From: a virus
Lineage: Duplodnaviria > Caudoviricetes
Reading direction: 5' to 3' (one strand)
IMG/VR virus record: IMGVR_UViG_3300021086_000012
Location: 1 to 37,837 of that record
DNA: 37,837 nucleotides
Each line of letters begins with the position of its first letter. Position 1 is the stretch's first letter. The position numbers and the translations under genes are program-made. The notes below the pieces were generated by a model. The model made no database searches. It was not told where the DNA came from and was given only the letters and a program-made list of their open reading frames with translations. Shown piece after piece: positions 16,376-25,715 of this stretch.

Positions 16376-16491
16376 TGGCGGACCCGAGGGACTGCGACCA
16401 CATCGGCAACGTGTCGACTGTGATCGAGGGTGACTACCAGATCACTCGATGCAACAAGTGCGGGGCAGACCTGCACCGAACCAAGTTATAA
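16375..16491 (+). CDS. 38-aa zinc-ribbon-like protein
   Basis: AGGAG RBS; CDH...RCNKCG. Confidence 0.65.
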   Translation: MADPRDCDHIGNVSTVIEGDYQITRCNKCGADLHRTKL

Positions 16492-16516
16492 CAGCTCGGT
16501 CACGGTCTGCCGAGCA

Positions 16517-16548
16517 TTGCGACGTTTTGCAACATCGTGGGCTAGTGT
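16517..16548 (+). promoter_or_regulatory. Promoter with TGCA-N6-TGCA-type site
   Basis: TTGCGACGTTTTGCAAC followed by -10-like TAGTGT (16543-16548). Confidence 0.6.
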
Positions 16549-16585
16549 TGTCCTCACAACAGCAACCGAGCACCTGGAGCCCGCG

Positions 16586-16840
16586 ATGTCGCACACCAGC
16601 CGTTTCGTCCTGGAGGCCTTCACCGCGCCGATCTGCGACGGCGGGGGCCGCGCGCTCGGCGTCATCGACACCGCCGGCGCCACCGGGATCTACGACACCC
16701 GCTACGTGGCGACCTTCAGCCAGGGCTGGGAGCGCTCGGCGCAGACCTACGTGGACGGCCTCAACGCCGAGGACGCCGAAATGAACGCCAGGGCCGAGCT
16801 GGCCCAGGAAGAGCGGTACACCGCGCTGATGGCGCGATGA
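16586..16840 (+). CDS. Hypothetical protein
   Basis: CACCTGGAG RBS; strong GC3 bias. Confidence 0.75.
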   Translation: MSHTSRFVLEAFTAPICDGGGRALGVIDTAGATGIYDTRYVATFSQGWERSAQTYVDGLNAEDAEMNARAELAQEERYTALMAR

Positions 16841-17037
16841 CCAGACTGGAGCAGAACATGGCGAAGTCCCCGAGGTACGCGGTCAGCGCGGACGGCCAGG
16901 ACGTGGTCAACAAGCACACCGGCCGCGTGGTGGCGCTGCCCAAGGCCGTCAAGGCCCAGCTCGGCAGCCCAGCCGCCGGCAGGGTCGGCCGGGCGGAAGC
17001 CGTCCGCGACTTCGTGGCCGAGAAGAACTACCGGTGA
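16837..17037 (+). CDS. Hypothetical protein
   Basis: ATGA coupling; codon bias. Confidence 0.7.
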   Translation: MTRLEQNMAKSPRYAVSADGQDVVNKHTGRVVALPKAVKAQLGSPAAGRVGRAEAVRDFVAEKNYR

Positions 17038-17222
17038 CCAGAGCTCACAGCCGCGGGACCGTCCGAACCCACCGGGCGGTCCCGTGGCGTACTGCTCCGC
17101 ATCCCGTGTTCGCCGCTCTCGTGTTGATGGCGTTGCTGGTCGGCATCGTGATCGGCATCTTCAGCTACCACGCCCCGGCAACCGACCAGCTACCGTCGAC
17201 GTCATACACGCAGACGCGTTGA
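17034..17222 (+). CDS. Small single-TM protein
   Basis: GTGA coupling; VFAALVLMALLVGIVIGIF. Confidence 0.65.
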   Translation: MTRAHSRGTVRTHRAVPWRTAPHPVFAALVLMALLVGIVIGIFSYHAPATDQLPSTSYTQTR

Positions 17223-17236
17223 CGGGAGCAGCCCCC

Positions 17237-17389
17237 ATGACTGAACGCCGGTTCGCCGTGACCGCCACCCTGCTGGCCGCCCTGTTGCTCGGCGGAACCG
17301 CGGTCGCGGGCGCCGTCATCGCGCCAGCCCCGGTCAGCTCCTGTTGGAGCACCGCCACCTACACCTGCCAACCTGGAGAGCTGAAATGA
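17237..17389 (+). CDS. Small secreted/membrane protein
   Basis: GGGAG RBS; RR + hydrophobic signal-like segment; C-x7-C. Confidence 0.6.
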   Translation: MTERRFAVTATLLAALLLGGTAVAGAVIAPAPVSSCWSTATYTCQPGELK

Positions 17390-17838
17390 TCGAGCGCCAC
17401 CCCGCCGGCCGCAGTTGCGCGCTGGTCCTGCTGATCGCCGGTATCCTCACCGCGTCCGCCCTGACGGGCTTGTTCGCGTTGGCCACGTCCGGCGGCTCGA
17501 ACCCGTCCACCGGGTCCCCGGTGCCGGCCGCTGTGGTGGTCGCCGGTACGACCACACCCACCACGACTGTGAAGCCGTCAGCGGCCGCCACAGCGCCAGG
17601 AAGCGCCCCGGCCGCGGCCCCGCGCGTCGTGGTGGCTCCCGCAGAGGTCATCGCGCCCACAGAGGAGACGACCGTGCCCGCAGCCACGCCGCCCGCCACC
17701 GACGCGAACGGCGCCCGGGTCGCCCCGGTGAACCCCAACGCCAACCAGACGCCTGCCCCGCTCGGCGCGGCCAACGGCATCGACCCCAAGAGCGGCAAGC
17801 CCGTCGGTCCGGACCCCGCGGTCGACCCGCAGCGCTGA
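17386..17838 (+). CDS. Membrane-anchored Pro/Thr/Ala-rich surface protein
   Basis: ACCTGGAGAG RBS; N-terminal TM then TTTPTTT/APA-rich region. Confidence 0.75.
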   Translation: MIERHPAGRSCALVLLIAGILTASALTGLFALATSGGSNPSTGSPVPAAVVVAGTTTPTTTVKPSAAATAPGSAPAAAPRVVVAPAEVIAPTEETTVPAATPPATDANGARVAPVNPNANQTPAPLGAANGIDPKSGKPVGPDPAVDPQR

Positions 17839-17854
17839 TCTACGATCTTCTGAG

Positions 17855-17884
17855 CAGCCCCCGTGAGTCACGTCGCGGGGGCTG
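17855..17884. terminator. Bidirectional hairpin terminator
   Basis: CAGCCCCCGTGA...TCGCGGGGGCTG between convergent genes. Confidence 0.8.
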
Positions 17885-17898
17885 TCCGTTGCCCGGTA

Positions 17899-18699
17899 TC
17901 AGGTGCCCTTCATGAAGCAGCATCCGACCTTGGCCGCGATCACGCCCGTGCCGGTCCAGTTGACCTTGATCTCCACCGTCACGATGGTGAAGCGCTTCCA
18001 CGGAGTCAGGTCCACCGTGCGGGTGTCCCATCCGAAGTTGCCCAGGCTGGTCCAGCTGTCCAGCTGGGTGCCCGCCACCCACAGCGTGTAGGTCGGCGTC
18101 ACGGCGCCGGACGCCTGGCCCCCCAGGAAGTCCAGCCGCAGCTTGGGGTGGCTCACCTCGGGGATCTCGCCGTACCAGAGCGTCACCCCCTGCGCCATGC
18201 CGCTGGCCGCGGTGGCGATCTGCGGATACCCGATGAACGCGCCGTTGGACGCCGTGCCCGGCAACACGGGAGTGAACTGGGCGTACATCGGCACCGACAG
18301 GAACGGCCGGGCCAGCCCCCACCCGGTCAGGGCGTCCGAGCTGATCCAGTCCGGCCCGTCGTCGGCGGGATTGAACATCCCCCAAGCCGCGGTGGCCACA
18401 ACTGTGTTGGTCGGCGCGTCGGCGTAGCTGACCGGGTAGGTCTGGAAGCAGCGCTTCCCCTTCTCATTGATCCGGATCCACACGAACGGCGACCCGTCGG
18501 ACCAGTGCAGACCAGTGTCCGCGTATGCCTGCATGTCCACGTTGGTGCTGCCGGGCACCTTGACGTTGAGCGAGCTCGGCGCGATCCGACGCACCTCGGT
18601 CAGGGTCGCTTCCAGCTTCGAGATCCGGTCAGCCAGCCACTGCACCGTGTCCTGCCCGCCGGCCCCCTGGGCTACCGCCGCTGCTCTGTTCGCCACCAT
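17899..18699 (-). CDS. Minor tail protein
   Basis: Last of the post-TMP genes; short N-terminal coiled coil; SDALTGWGLARP motif. Confidence 0.7.
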   Translation of the reverse strand: MVANRAAAVAQGAGGQDTVQWLADRISKLEATLTEVRRIAPSSLNVKVPGSTNVDMQAYADTGLHWSDGSPFVWIRINEKGKRCFQTYPVSYADAPTNTVVATAAWGMFNPADDGPDWISSDALTGWGLARPFLSVPMYAQFTPVLPGTASNGAFIGYPQIATAASGMAQGVTLWYGEIPEVSHPKLRLDFLGGQASGAVTPTYTLWVAGTQLDSWTSLGNFGWDTRTVDLTPWKRFTIVTVEIKVNWTGTGVIAAKVGCCFMKGT

Positions 18700-18708
18700 G
18701 TGGTCACC

Positions 18709-19914
18709 TCACGACGCGTCAAGGATGTGGGCCAAGCTACTGTCGTCCGGGCCGTTGGAGACGCCGAGTAGCCGTTGCGTGTACAGCCCGTCGGGGATCC
18801 AGAAGTGGCCCTGCATGTTGTAGATCACCGACTGACCCGGGTCGTAGCTGCCGGCGGGGGACGCCCCGTCCAGCCGAACCCGGGCCGCCCACGCTTTGAC
18901 CACGCGTCCGTTCTGCGCCTGGTTGGCGGCGGCCCAGCCGCTGATCTCGGTCTGGGTGGCCACGGTGGTGTGGTTGGAGTCGACCGACTCCAGCATCGGC
19001 CATCCCGCGCCTTCCAGCGTGGCGTCCGCGGAGTATCCCCACACCAGCGACCCCGCGTCGGTGCCGCTGCCCTTGGCGTAACTGCGGGTGGCGAGCCCCG
19101 TGGCGCTGGCGGGCGGGACGACCGAGATCAGGTTGGTGCCGTAGTCGAACACCAGCGGCTGCGCGGTGTTGGTGAGCAGCGGGTTGCCGATCAGGGCCTG
19201 GTGGCGGATCGTGCCCGGCGCGCTGAAATACGGCTTGAACGCGATGTCCGGGCCGCCTTGCACCTGCGTCAGCTCCTGGAGCCGGGTGCCGAGGTAGGCC
19301 AGATCCGACGCGGGGTAGTTGCGGACGTTGGTCCCCGAGTCGCCAGCAGCGCCCGGCACGTCCAGCGGCAGCGTGCCGCGGGTGAGCGCGTCGGTGAGCA
19401 TCGACCGAGCGATGTCCCGCAGAGTCGAGGGCCCGTAGGCGGCCACCGCGCCGATGCCGGTCGCCGTGGTCCAGCTCGCGGGAACCGCCAGTCGGGCCAT
19501 CAGCAGCGACCAGAACCCGGAGAAGCCGATCTGGACGCTGGGCACGTCGGCGGTGGCGGTGTCGTCGCTCGGCGTGCACACCCACGCGGGTCCGGCCTGT
19601 GCCACCCAGTCCGAGGGCAGCCGGGTGCCGTAGCAGATCGCCACGCCGAACCGGCCCGCGCCGACCTCGAAGTAAGTGCGCAGCTTGTCTGCGGTCAGCG
19701 CGTCCGAGGCGCCGTCGCCGACAGGGGTGGTGACGGTGCCGCCGCAGTTCGGCGTGTTGACCAGGTTCTGCCACTGGGGTGTGCCGATCAGCGGTAGGTC
19801 GTCGACGACCGCGCCGGTGACGTTCTCGTACACCAGCGCGTACCAGACGTTCGCGTCTGCCGGGTTGAGCGTTGGCGGCAGCACATCCAGCGCTTTGAGC
19901 GCCGGCGCGGCCAT
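18709..19914 (-). CDS. Minor tail protein (baseplate hub/Tal-like)
   Basis: TGAVVDDLPL, RLQELTQVQGGPDIAF.P, GWPMLE motifs typical of actinophage minor tail proteins; TGATG start. Confidence 0.75.
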   Translation of the reverse strand: MAAPALKALDVLPPTLNPADANVWYALVYENVTGAVVDDLPLIGTPQWQNLVNTPNCGGTVTTPVGDGASDALTADKLRTYFEVGAGRFGVAICYGTRLPSDWVAQAGPAWVCTPSDDTATADVPSVQIGFSGFWSLLMARLAVPASWTTATGIGAVAAYGPSTLRDIARSMLTDALTRGTLPLDVPGAAGDSGTNVRNYPASDLAYLGTRLQELTQVQGGPDIAFKPYFSAPGTIRHQALIGNPLLTNTAQPLVFDYGTNLISVVPPASATGLATRSYAKGSGTDAGSLVWGYSADATLEGAGWPMLESVDSNHTTVATQTEISGWAAANQAQNGRVVKAWAARVRLDGASPAGSYDPGQSVIYNMQGHFWIPDGLYTQRLLGVSNGPDDSSLAHILDAS

Positions 19915-20999
19915 CAGGCCCCCTCGTAAACGACGTCCATGGTGAGCGAGCTGGAGTTGCCCCACGTGTAACCGGCGGCGCCCGGGTTCAGCAGGCTGTT
20001 GCCGCTGAGTCCGAATATCGCCATGGTGGTGGTGGAGACCAGTCCTGTGATCGGCCGCAGCACACCAGAGGCGTCGAACAGGTACCCGGTGGCCGTGGTG
20101 AACCGGGCGCTGCTGCCGGACACCGCCACCGGCAGGCCGGTGATCGTGACCGCGCCCGAGCCCAGGGACGCGGTGGCCGCCGGCGCGAAGTCGATGTGCA
20201 TGACGATCGTCTTGCCGATGCGCCGATACCGGGCGACAAACGTGCCCGCATTGTTCGACATGCCGGTCATGGTGGGGGTGAAGGCCACCCACGCGCCCGC
20301 GCCGATCAGCGCGTCCCATGTGGAGCCGTTCCACCGCTCGATGCCGGTGCCGGTGGCGGTCAGCGTGGAGTCGCGCAATTCGCCCGCCACGAAACCGACG
20401 TCGCCGATGAGGTCTCCGGTGAGCAGCCGACGGACGCCGTCGAAGTGCGCCACGGCCCGCCGCTTGTCGAAAACGTCTCCCGACTGGACCTGGTTGGACG
20501 GCCGGGTGGCCAGGCTCGGCACCGTGATCGCGGCCAGACGCAGCACCGGCGCGTTGGGGAACGCCGTAGGCAACGACGGCTCCACCGGGCTGCCGCTCGC
20601 GGTGCCGGTGAGCACCCCGAACTGAAGCGTGGTGCCGCCTTCCGAGAACACGCCATCCAGCGCCCGGGCGTACACCACGTCGATGCGGGCCAGCGTGGCA
20701 TGCGCGGCGTCCAGCGGCACGTTGGTGGTGGGGGTGGCCCACATGACGTACGGCCCCTGGCCGTTGCGGGTGGCCAACGCCGCCCCGGCTGCCACGTTCA
20801 CGGTCTGGTTGGGCGAGCCGAGCGCGGACACCTGGAACTCGGTGCCGGTCGCCGAGAGGATGCCGTCGCGCCACGTGGCCATGCTCGCGGTCTGCATGAA
20901 GTGCGCGCCGTCGTGCAGTCGGCCCTGGAGCGCCGAGTTGACTGACTGGAGCGACCACGCGCCGCCGTTGGCGGCGGTCACGGTGACTGGAGTGGCCAT
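19914..20999 (-). CDS. Minor tail protein
   Basis: VNVAAG.A, ARIDVVYAR, GT.SGSPV.P.LP, LA.ITVP, RYRRIGK.I motifs. Confidence 0.75.
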   Translation of the reverse strand: MATPVTVTAANGGAWSLQSVNSALQGRLHDGAHFMQTASMATWRDGILSATGTEFQVSALGSPNQTVNVAAGAALATRNGQGPYVMWATPTTNVPLDAAHATLARIDVVYARALDGVFSEGGTTLQFGVLTGTASGSPVEPSLPTAFPNAPVLRLAAITVPSLATRPSNQVQSGDVFDKRRAVAHFDGVRRLLTGDLIGDVGFVAGELRDSTLTATGTGIERWNGSTWDALIGAGAWVAFTPTMTGMSNNAGTFVARYRRIGKTIVMHIDFAPAATASLGSGAVTITGLPVAVSGSSARFTTATGYLFDASGVLRPITGLVSTTTMAIFGLSGNSLLNPGAAGYTWGNSSSLTMDVVYEGA

Positions 21000-21003
21000 G
21001 GGT

Positions 21004-21903
21004 TCACCTATCCGAGGGGGTGAGGGACACGGCCAGGGTGCCGGTGTCGGCGGGGTTGGTGGTGGTCAGGGCGTAGGTGACGGTGGCCCCGGGGGCGATC
21101 GCCTCCCACTGTCGCACGGTGAGCTCGCGGCTGCGGTCACCTCCGTTGCGCAACACGGTCTTGTTCAGGCTGTTCAGCACCAGCGACTCGGCGACCGCCA
21201 TGGCGGCGCCGGTGTAGGTCAGCCGGAAGCCGGTGACGATGTCGGTGATCGTGGGGTTGGTCAGCGTGTCGGACAGGGTGAACACCGGCCACGCGAGCGC
21301 GGTGCCCGGGTTGGTCACCGTCACCGTGCCGGTGGACAGCGTGGTTCCCCAGTTGAGCCCGCCGCCCGAGCTCCAGTTGAGCCCGCCGCCGGTGCTCCAG
21401 TCCAGCCCGCCGGACACACCGGGCGCCTGCACCGGGCCGAACGTGCGGGTGTCCAGGCCGGATCCCGCGATGTACCAGAACCGGCGCGGGTCCGCCTGGA
21501 AGAGCGAGAGCTGGAAGTCGAACTCGGCCCCGTTGGCCGCCGGTGGGATGCGCGATGCGTCGGACACTTCAACCAGCGCGTATCGGGCGGTGTAATCGCT
21601 CACCCAGATCAGGGGCACCTGATCGTTGCCGATCAGGCCGAGCAGCGCCCATCGGGCCGCTTCGGCCAGCGCGCCCGTGGGCGCTTTCACCCAGCCGTTG
21701 AGCTGGATCGTGCGGCCGCCGAACCTCGATCGGCTGCGGTAGTCGCCGTCCGCCTGGCTGCGGGGCGTGGTGCGCAACCGGACCGGAGCGCCGTCGTACC
21801 ACCCTGTGGTGGATGAGATTCCCCACCGAACGCCGTTGTTGTCGTCCACGTTGAACTGCTGCGTGGACACCTGCCATGAGGGTGTCGCCACCACGGTGGT
21901 CAT
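21004..21903 (-). CDS. Distal tail (Dit)-like protein
   Basis: Directly follows TMP; GW...P.R, GRTIQL.G, ADPRRF, VTNPGT..AWP; GGLxWS repeat. Confidence 0.75.
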   Translation of the reverse strand: MTTVVATPSWQVSTQQFNVDDNNGVRWGISSTTGWYDGAPVRLRTTPRSQADGDYRSRSRFGGRTIQLNGWVKAPTGALAEAARWALLGLIGNDQVPLIWVSDYTARYALVEVSDASRIPPAANGAEFDFQLSLFQADPRRFWYIAGSGLDTRTFGPVQAPGVSGGLDWSTGGGLNWSSGGGLNWGTTLSTGTVTVTNPGTALAWPVFTLSDTLTNPTITDIVTGFRLTYTGAAMAVAESLVLNSLNKTVLRNGGDRSRELTVRQWEAIAPGATVTYALTTTNPADTGTLAVSLTPSDR

Positions 21904-21910
21904 GAGCGCC

Positions 21911-24900
21911 TCACCCTCTCGCCGAACTCATGGCCCATGCCACCGCGCCGGCCGCGCGGTCGGCCGCCTGCTGCGGATCGGATGTGATCACCGTCTGGTT
22001 GATGGTCACTGCGCGCTGGCCACCGACCGAGATCTTCTCGTGCTGCGCCGCCTGCGCGATCAGGGACGCTGAGCGCTGGCTGCCGTCCAACGGCGCGTAC
22101 AACTCGGTGTGGGCCATGTTGTCCCCCACCACCCGCCAGCTGTTCGGCGGGACCATCTGCGCGCTGGCCGAGGACATCGCGGTCAGCTGCCGACCGCCGA
22201 ACCCACCGTCGGCCATCGGCACGAGCATGTTGCCGGCGGCGTTGGCGGTCACCCTGCTGCCGACGACGTGCAGCGAGTCCACCGAGCCGGACGCGCTGAT
22301 GGTGACCACCGCGCGCATGCCGTTGATGTCGCGGATCAGGGTGTTCGCCGCGGATCGGGCCAGGTCGGTGTTGCCGGTGATGGTGACCGTGCCGTCCGGC
22401 AGGGTGGTGACCACCAGACCGAGATCTCGCAGCGACTGGATCGCCGCGTCGGTGAGCGCTGAAGTGTGCACGGTGTGGTCGTTGGGGACGTCCAGGACCT
22501 TGCCCTTGAGGATGTCCATGGCCTGCTGGGCCTGTTCGACGCCAGGCGTCGCCACCACGGTAACCAGATCGGCGGGCCAGGCGCCCATCGACTTCAGAGC
22601 CGCGTCCACCTGGTCCTTGGTCAGGCCCATGGCCCCACCGAGCTTCTCCACCGCGGGGATCTGCTCCTCCAGGACCGCCTGCGCGTGCGCCTTGGCCGAG
22701 TCGGCGCTTTTGCCCTGCGACTCGTCTTCCGCCACGATCGCCGCGGCGGCGTCGACGAATTTGCTGCGCAGATCGCCCATGGCGTCCCGCAGGTACTGGC
22801 CGTTCTTGGTCACGGTGCGGATCGAGCCATCGGCGTTCAGGATCGCTTTCCCATAGCCGTCCGCAGCCTTGATCCCGGTGGCCATCTGAGCGTTGATCTC
22901 GGACATCACCTTGTCGATGGACTCCATGGCGTCGCCCACGGGAATCTTCCCGCCGGACAGCCGGATCAGCGCGTCCTTCATCGCGGTGATCTTCTCGCTG
23001 TCGGTGCTGGCCGCGTCGCCTATCTTCCCGAGGTCAGCCTGGAGCTGAGCAGCAGGCTTCTCGAAGGTGCTCAGCGACGCCTTGGTCAGCGACATGGCGT
23101 TGTTCAGGTTCTGCTGCTGGGAAGTCACAGCGGCGTTGGCGGTGGCCAGCTTCTTGGACGCGGACTCGGCCGCCGCAGACGACGGGCCGGACTGGGTGAC
23201 AGCGTCGTTGTAGTCCTTCTGGGCCTGCGCCGCCTGCGCCTGCGCGACGCCGAGCGGGCCGAGCTCCTTCTTGTAATCGTTCTCGGCGTCGGTGGCCGCC
23301 TTCAGCTGGATGTTCAGATCCTGGAGCTTGCCCTGAAGCTCCTGCGACTTGGACGCCGTGACCGAGTAGCCGCCGCCGTACTCATTGACGGCCGTGGTGC
23401 CCGCGTTGGTCTGCCCCGACAGCGACGCGATCTGGCCCTTCAACTTGTTGGTGCTGTCCTCCATGTCGTTCAGCTTCTTGGCCGCGTCGCTGGCCGCCGT
23501 GCCGCCGATGATGATGCTGTGGCCGAGCGCGGTGCCCGCGTCGATCAGGTCCTGCTCGTGCGCGGCGGCTGTGCTGGCCCCCAACGCCACCAGGCCGAAT
23601 CCGGCGGCCACCACACCGAGTCCGGTGCCGACAGCGGGGAGAACGCCAGCCAGGGCGCCGGACACCCCTGCGAACTTACCGCCCCCCTCGGCCACTTCGG
23701 CCAGTTTGCCGGGCAGCTGCCCGAGCATGCCCGGGATCGCGGTCAGGTTGACGCCGAGCAGCTTGGCCGACAGCGCCAGCGCGGTGATCTCACCGGCCAT
23801 GGGACCCAGCGCGTGTTCCACCGTGCCGAGCGCCTGGGCGAAGAACCCAAGCACCGACAGCACGTTGGCCAGTTCGCTGGCCAGCGCCGGAATGACGCTA
23901 CCGGACAGCTGACCGAGGCCGCCCATCAGTTGCCCGACTGCGCCGGTGATCTGGCCGCTGTTGGATGCCCAGGCCTCACCGGCCTGGTTGACCACATTAG
24001 TGATCAGGGTCATGGCCGACCGGACGATCGCGCCGAGGCTGGCGGTGTCGACGCCGAACGCTTTGCTGTGCTGGCTCAGGCCCTCAAAGGTGTCGCCCAC
24101 CGCCTTGCCGGTGTCGATGAGCAGGCTCTTGAACCCCTGCATCACCGGGCCCTGGTTGGCGATAGCCAGCGACAACCCTGGCAGCGCGCCCTGGACCAGG
24201 CCGAGCAGCCCATCAGTCAGCGGCCGGACGGCGCTCTCCGCCGATATGAGGCTGTTGCTGATCAACGGGGCGACTTTGTCGAACCGGTCTCGGATGACGT
24301 CCAGGGCGTCGACGATGGGCGCTTCCAACCGGGGCCGCAGCGCCTCGGTCTGGTCGGAAATGCTGTTGCCGAGCGCCTCCCAGCGTGACATCACCGCCGG
24401 TGTGCCGGACGCGATGGCGGTGGCCGCGGCGGCCATGCCCACACCCGCGATGCCGATCATCGCTGCGCCGATCAGCGGAGCGCCCGCCAGCAGGGCGGCG
24501 CCGATCACCGCCGGCATGGGCGCGATGCCGTTGCCGAACGCTCCGGAGAACGACTTCGCGATCTCGGTTCCGGCCTTCTCGGCCTCGGGCTTGCCCTTGT
24601 CCGGATCAATCTCCGCCGGGATCTTGGCCTTGACCGTTTCGCTGACCGTCTTGGCCAGCGCTTCGGCCTCGGCCTTGAACTTGTCCGCCTCGGACAGATC
24701 CGCAGGGACCTTGGCCTTCAGCGTCTTGGATAGCTCTGCGACCGCCGCCGCCGTGTTGGCCCGCAGTTCGGCGGTGTCCGGCGTCATCGGGATCTTCAGC
24801 GCATCGGCCGCGGTGGCCTTCAGCGCGGCCTTCAGCTTGGCCCGCCACGCCTCATCGATCGGGTTGTCGGCGACGACCGGCAGCTTCGCGGGCGGGCTGC

Positions 24901-25000
24901 CCTCGATGTCTTCCTTGGCTTTGTCCTTGCCGGGCCCAGTCTTGTCCCTGATTTCTAGATCGATGTAGGCCGATCCGGCCTTGAACCCCTCGTCGCTCAC
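21911..25000 (-). CDS. Tape measure protein
   Basis: Longest ORF (1029 aa), A/G/L-rich helical, GSAYIDL start, follows chaperones. Confidence 0.93.
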   Translation of the reverse strand: MSDEGFKAGSAYIDLEIRDKTGPGKDKAKEDIEGSPPAKLPVVADNPIDEAWRAKLKAALKATAADALKIPMTPDTAELRANTAAAVAELSKTLKAKVPADLSEADKFKAEAEALAKTVSETVKAKIPAEIDPDKGKPEAEKAGTEIAKSFSGAFGNGIAPMPAVIGAALLAGAPLIGAAMIGIAGVGMAAAATAIASGTPAVMSRWEALGNSISDQTEALRPRLEAPIVDALDVIRDRFDKVAPLISNSLISAESAVRPLTDGLLGLVQGALPGLSLAIANQGPVMQGFKSLLIDTGKAVGDTFEGLSQHSKAFGVDTASLGAIVRSAMTLITNVVNQAGEAWASNSGQITGAVGQLMGGLGQLSGSVIPALASELANVLSVLGFFAQALGTVEHALGPMAGEITALALSAKLLGVNLTAIPGMLGQLPGKLAEVAEGGGKFAGVSGALAGVLPAVGTGLGVVAAGFGLVALGASTAAAHEQDLIDAGTALGHSIIIGGTAASDAAKKLNDMEDSTNKLKGQIASLSGQTNAGTTAVNEYGGGYSVTASKSQELQGKLQDLNIQLKAATDAENDYKKELGPLGVAQAQAAQAQKDYNDAVTQSGPSSAAAESASKKLATANAAVTSQQQNLNNAMSLTKASLSTFEKPAAQLQADLGKIGDAASTDSEKITAMKDALIRLSGGKIPVGDAMESIDKVMSEINAQMATGIKAADGYGKAILNADGSIRTVTKNGQYLRDAMGDLRSKFVDAAAAIVAEDESQGKSADSAKAHAQAVLEEQIPAVEKLGGAMGLTKDQVDAALKSMGAWPADLVTVVATPGVEQAQQAMDILKGKVLDVPNDHTVHTSALTDAAIQSLRDLGLVVTTLPDGTVTITGNTDLARSAANTLIRDINGMRAVVTISASGSVDSLHVVGSRVTANAAGNMLVPMADGGFGGRQLTAMSSASAQMVPPNSWRVVGDNMAHTELYAPLDGSQRSASLIAQAAQHEKISVGGQRAVTINQTVITSDPQQAADRAAGAVAWAMSSARG

Positions 25001-25649
25001 CCGTCCACCCCCTCGTATACGCCGCCCATGGCAGCGATCTGTCCGGCGGTCAATGGCTGCGAGCGGTCCGGCTCGAACTCGCGCGCGGGCTCAGGCTCGA
25101 CTGCCGGCGCGCTCCGCAACAGCGCGGTGATCGCGCCGCCGTAGAAGCCGAGCCTGCGGACCAGCATGAGCAGCCTTTCTGCGCTGAGTTCGGACGGATC
25201 GTCGATGCGGTGGAACACGGACAGATCGCTGATCACGTCTTCCCGGTAGACCAGGACGAACTGGAGTTCAGCAATCACGTCCGTCAGACTTTTGGGAGCG
25301 TGAATCCGCTGATCACCTTGGGGATGACCACGCTGATGATGCGTCCGAGCTCGGTAGCGGTCAGCGTGTCGTCGGCCACCAGCGCCTGATACCCCGCGAT
25401 GCCGATCAACCGCTGCATGGCGTAGATCAGGGCCGTCTGCTCCCCCGCAATCCCGGTCAGCCGCAGGTATTCCAGGCTGACGCCGGGCGGGCACTGCGCC
25501 GGGATCGTGTAGCGCGTGCCGTCCGGGCCGGTGAACAACAGCTCCCGGTCGTCGTCCAGGGACTGCCGGCCGTCGGCCGACAGATCGAGCACGCCGGTCA
25601 GGTCGGGTGACTCAGCTGCCTTGCGGAACGTCGCCTTGTTGGTGGCCAT
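24997..25649 (-). CDS. Tail assembly chaperone, long (-1 frameshift, gpGT-like) form
   Basis: C CCA AAA slippery heptamer before the chaperone stop; -1 frame open to 24997 (PKSLTDVIAELQF...). Confidence 0.85.
25284..25649 (-). CDS. Tail assembly chaperone, short (gpG-like) form
   Basis: Between tail tube and TMP; GGGAG RBS. Confidence 0.85.
   Translation of the reverse strand: MATNKATFRKAAESPDLTGVLDLSADGRQSLDDDRELLFTGPDGTRYTIPAQCPPGVSLEYLRLTGIAGEQTALIYAMQRLIGIAGYQALVADDTLTATELGRIISVVIPKVISGFTLPKV
25290..25296 (-). other. Programmed -1 ribosomal frameshift site CCCAAAA
   Basis: CTC CCA AAA GTC TGA, X XXY YYZ pattern in the correct frame. Confidence 0.85.
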
Positions 25650-25675
25650 GATCGTTTCTCCCTTGTGGGTAGGGA

Positions 25676-25705
25676 GGTAGCCCCGGGCCCACTCCCGGGG
25701 CTACC
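25676..25705 (-). terminator. Hairpin after major tail gene
   Basis: GGTAGCCCCGGG / CCCGGGGCTACC perfect 12-bp stem. Confidence 0.8.
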
Positions 25706-25715
25706 AGTTAGTAGG

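Noticed and set aside
22466-24968. Long plus-strand ORFs opposite TMP (also opposite terminase, portal and MuF)
   Set aside because: Antisense shadow frames typical of high-GC coding DNA
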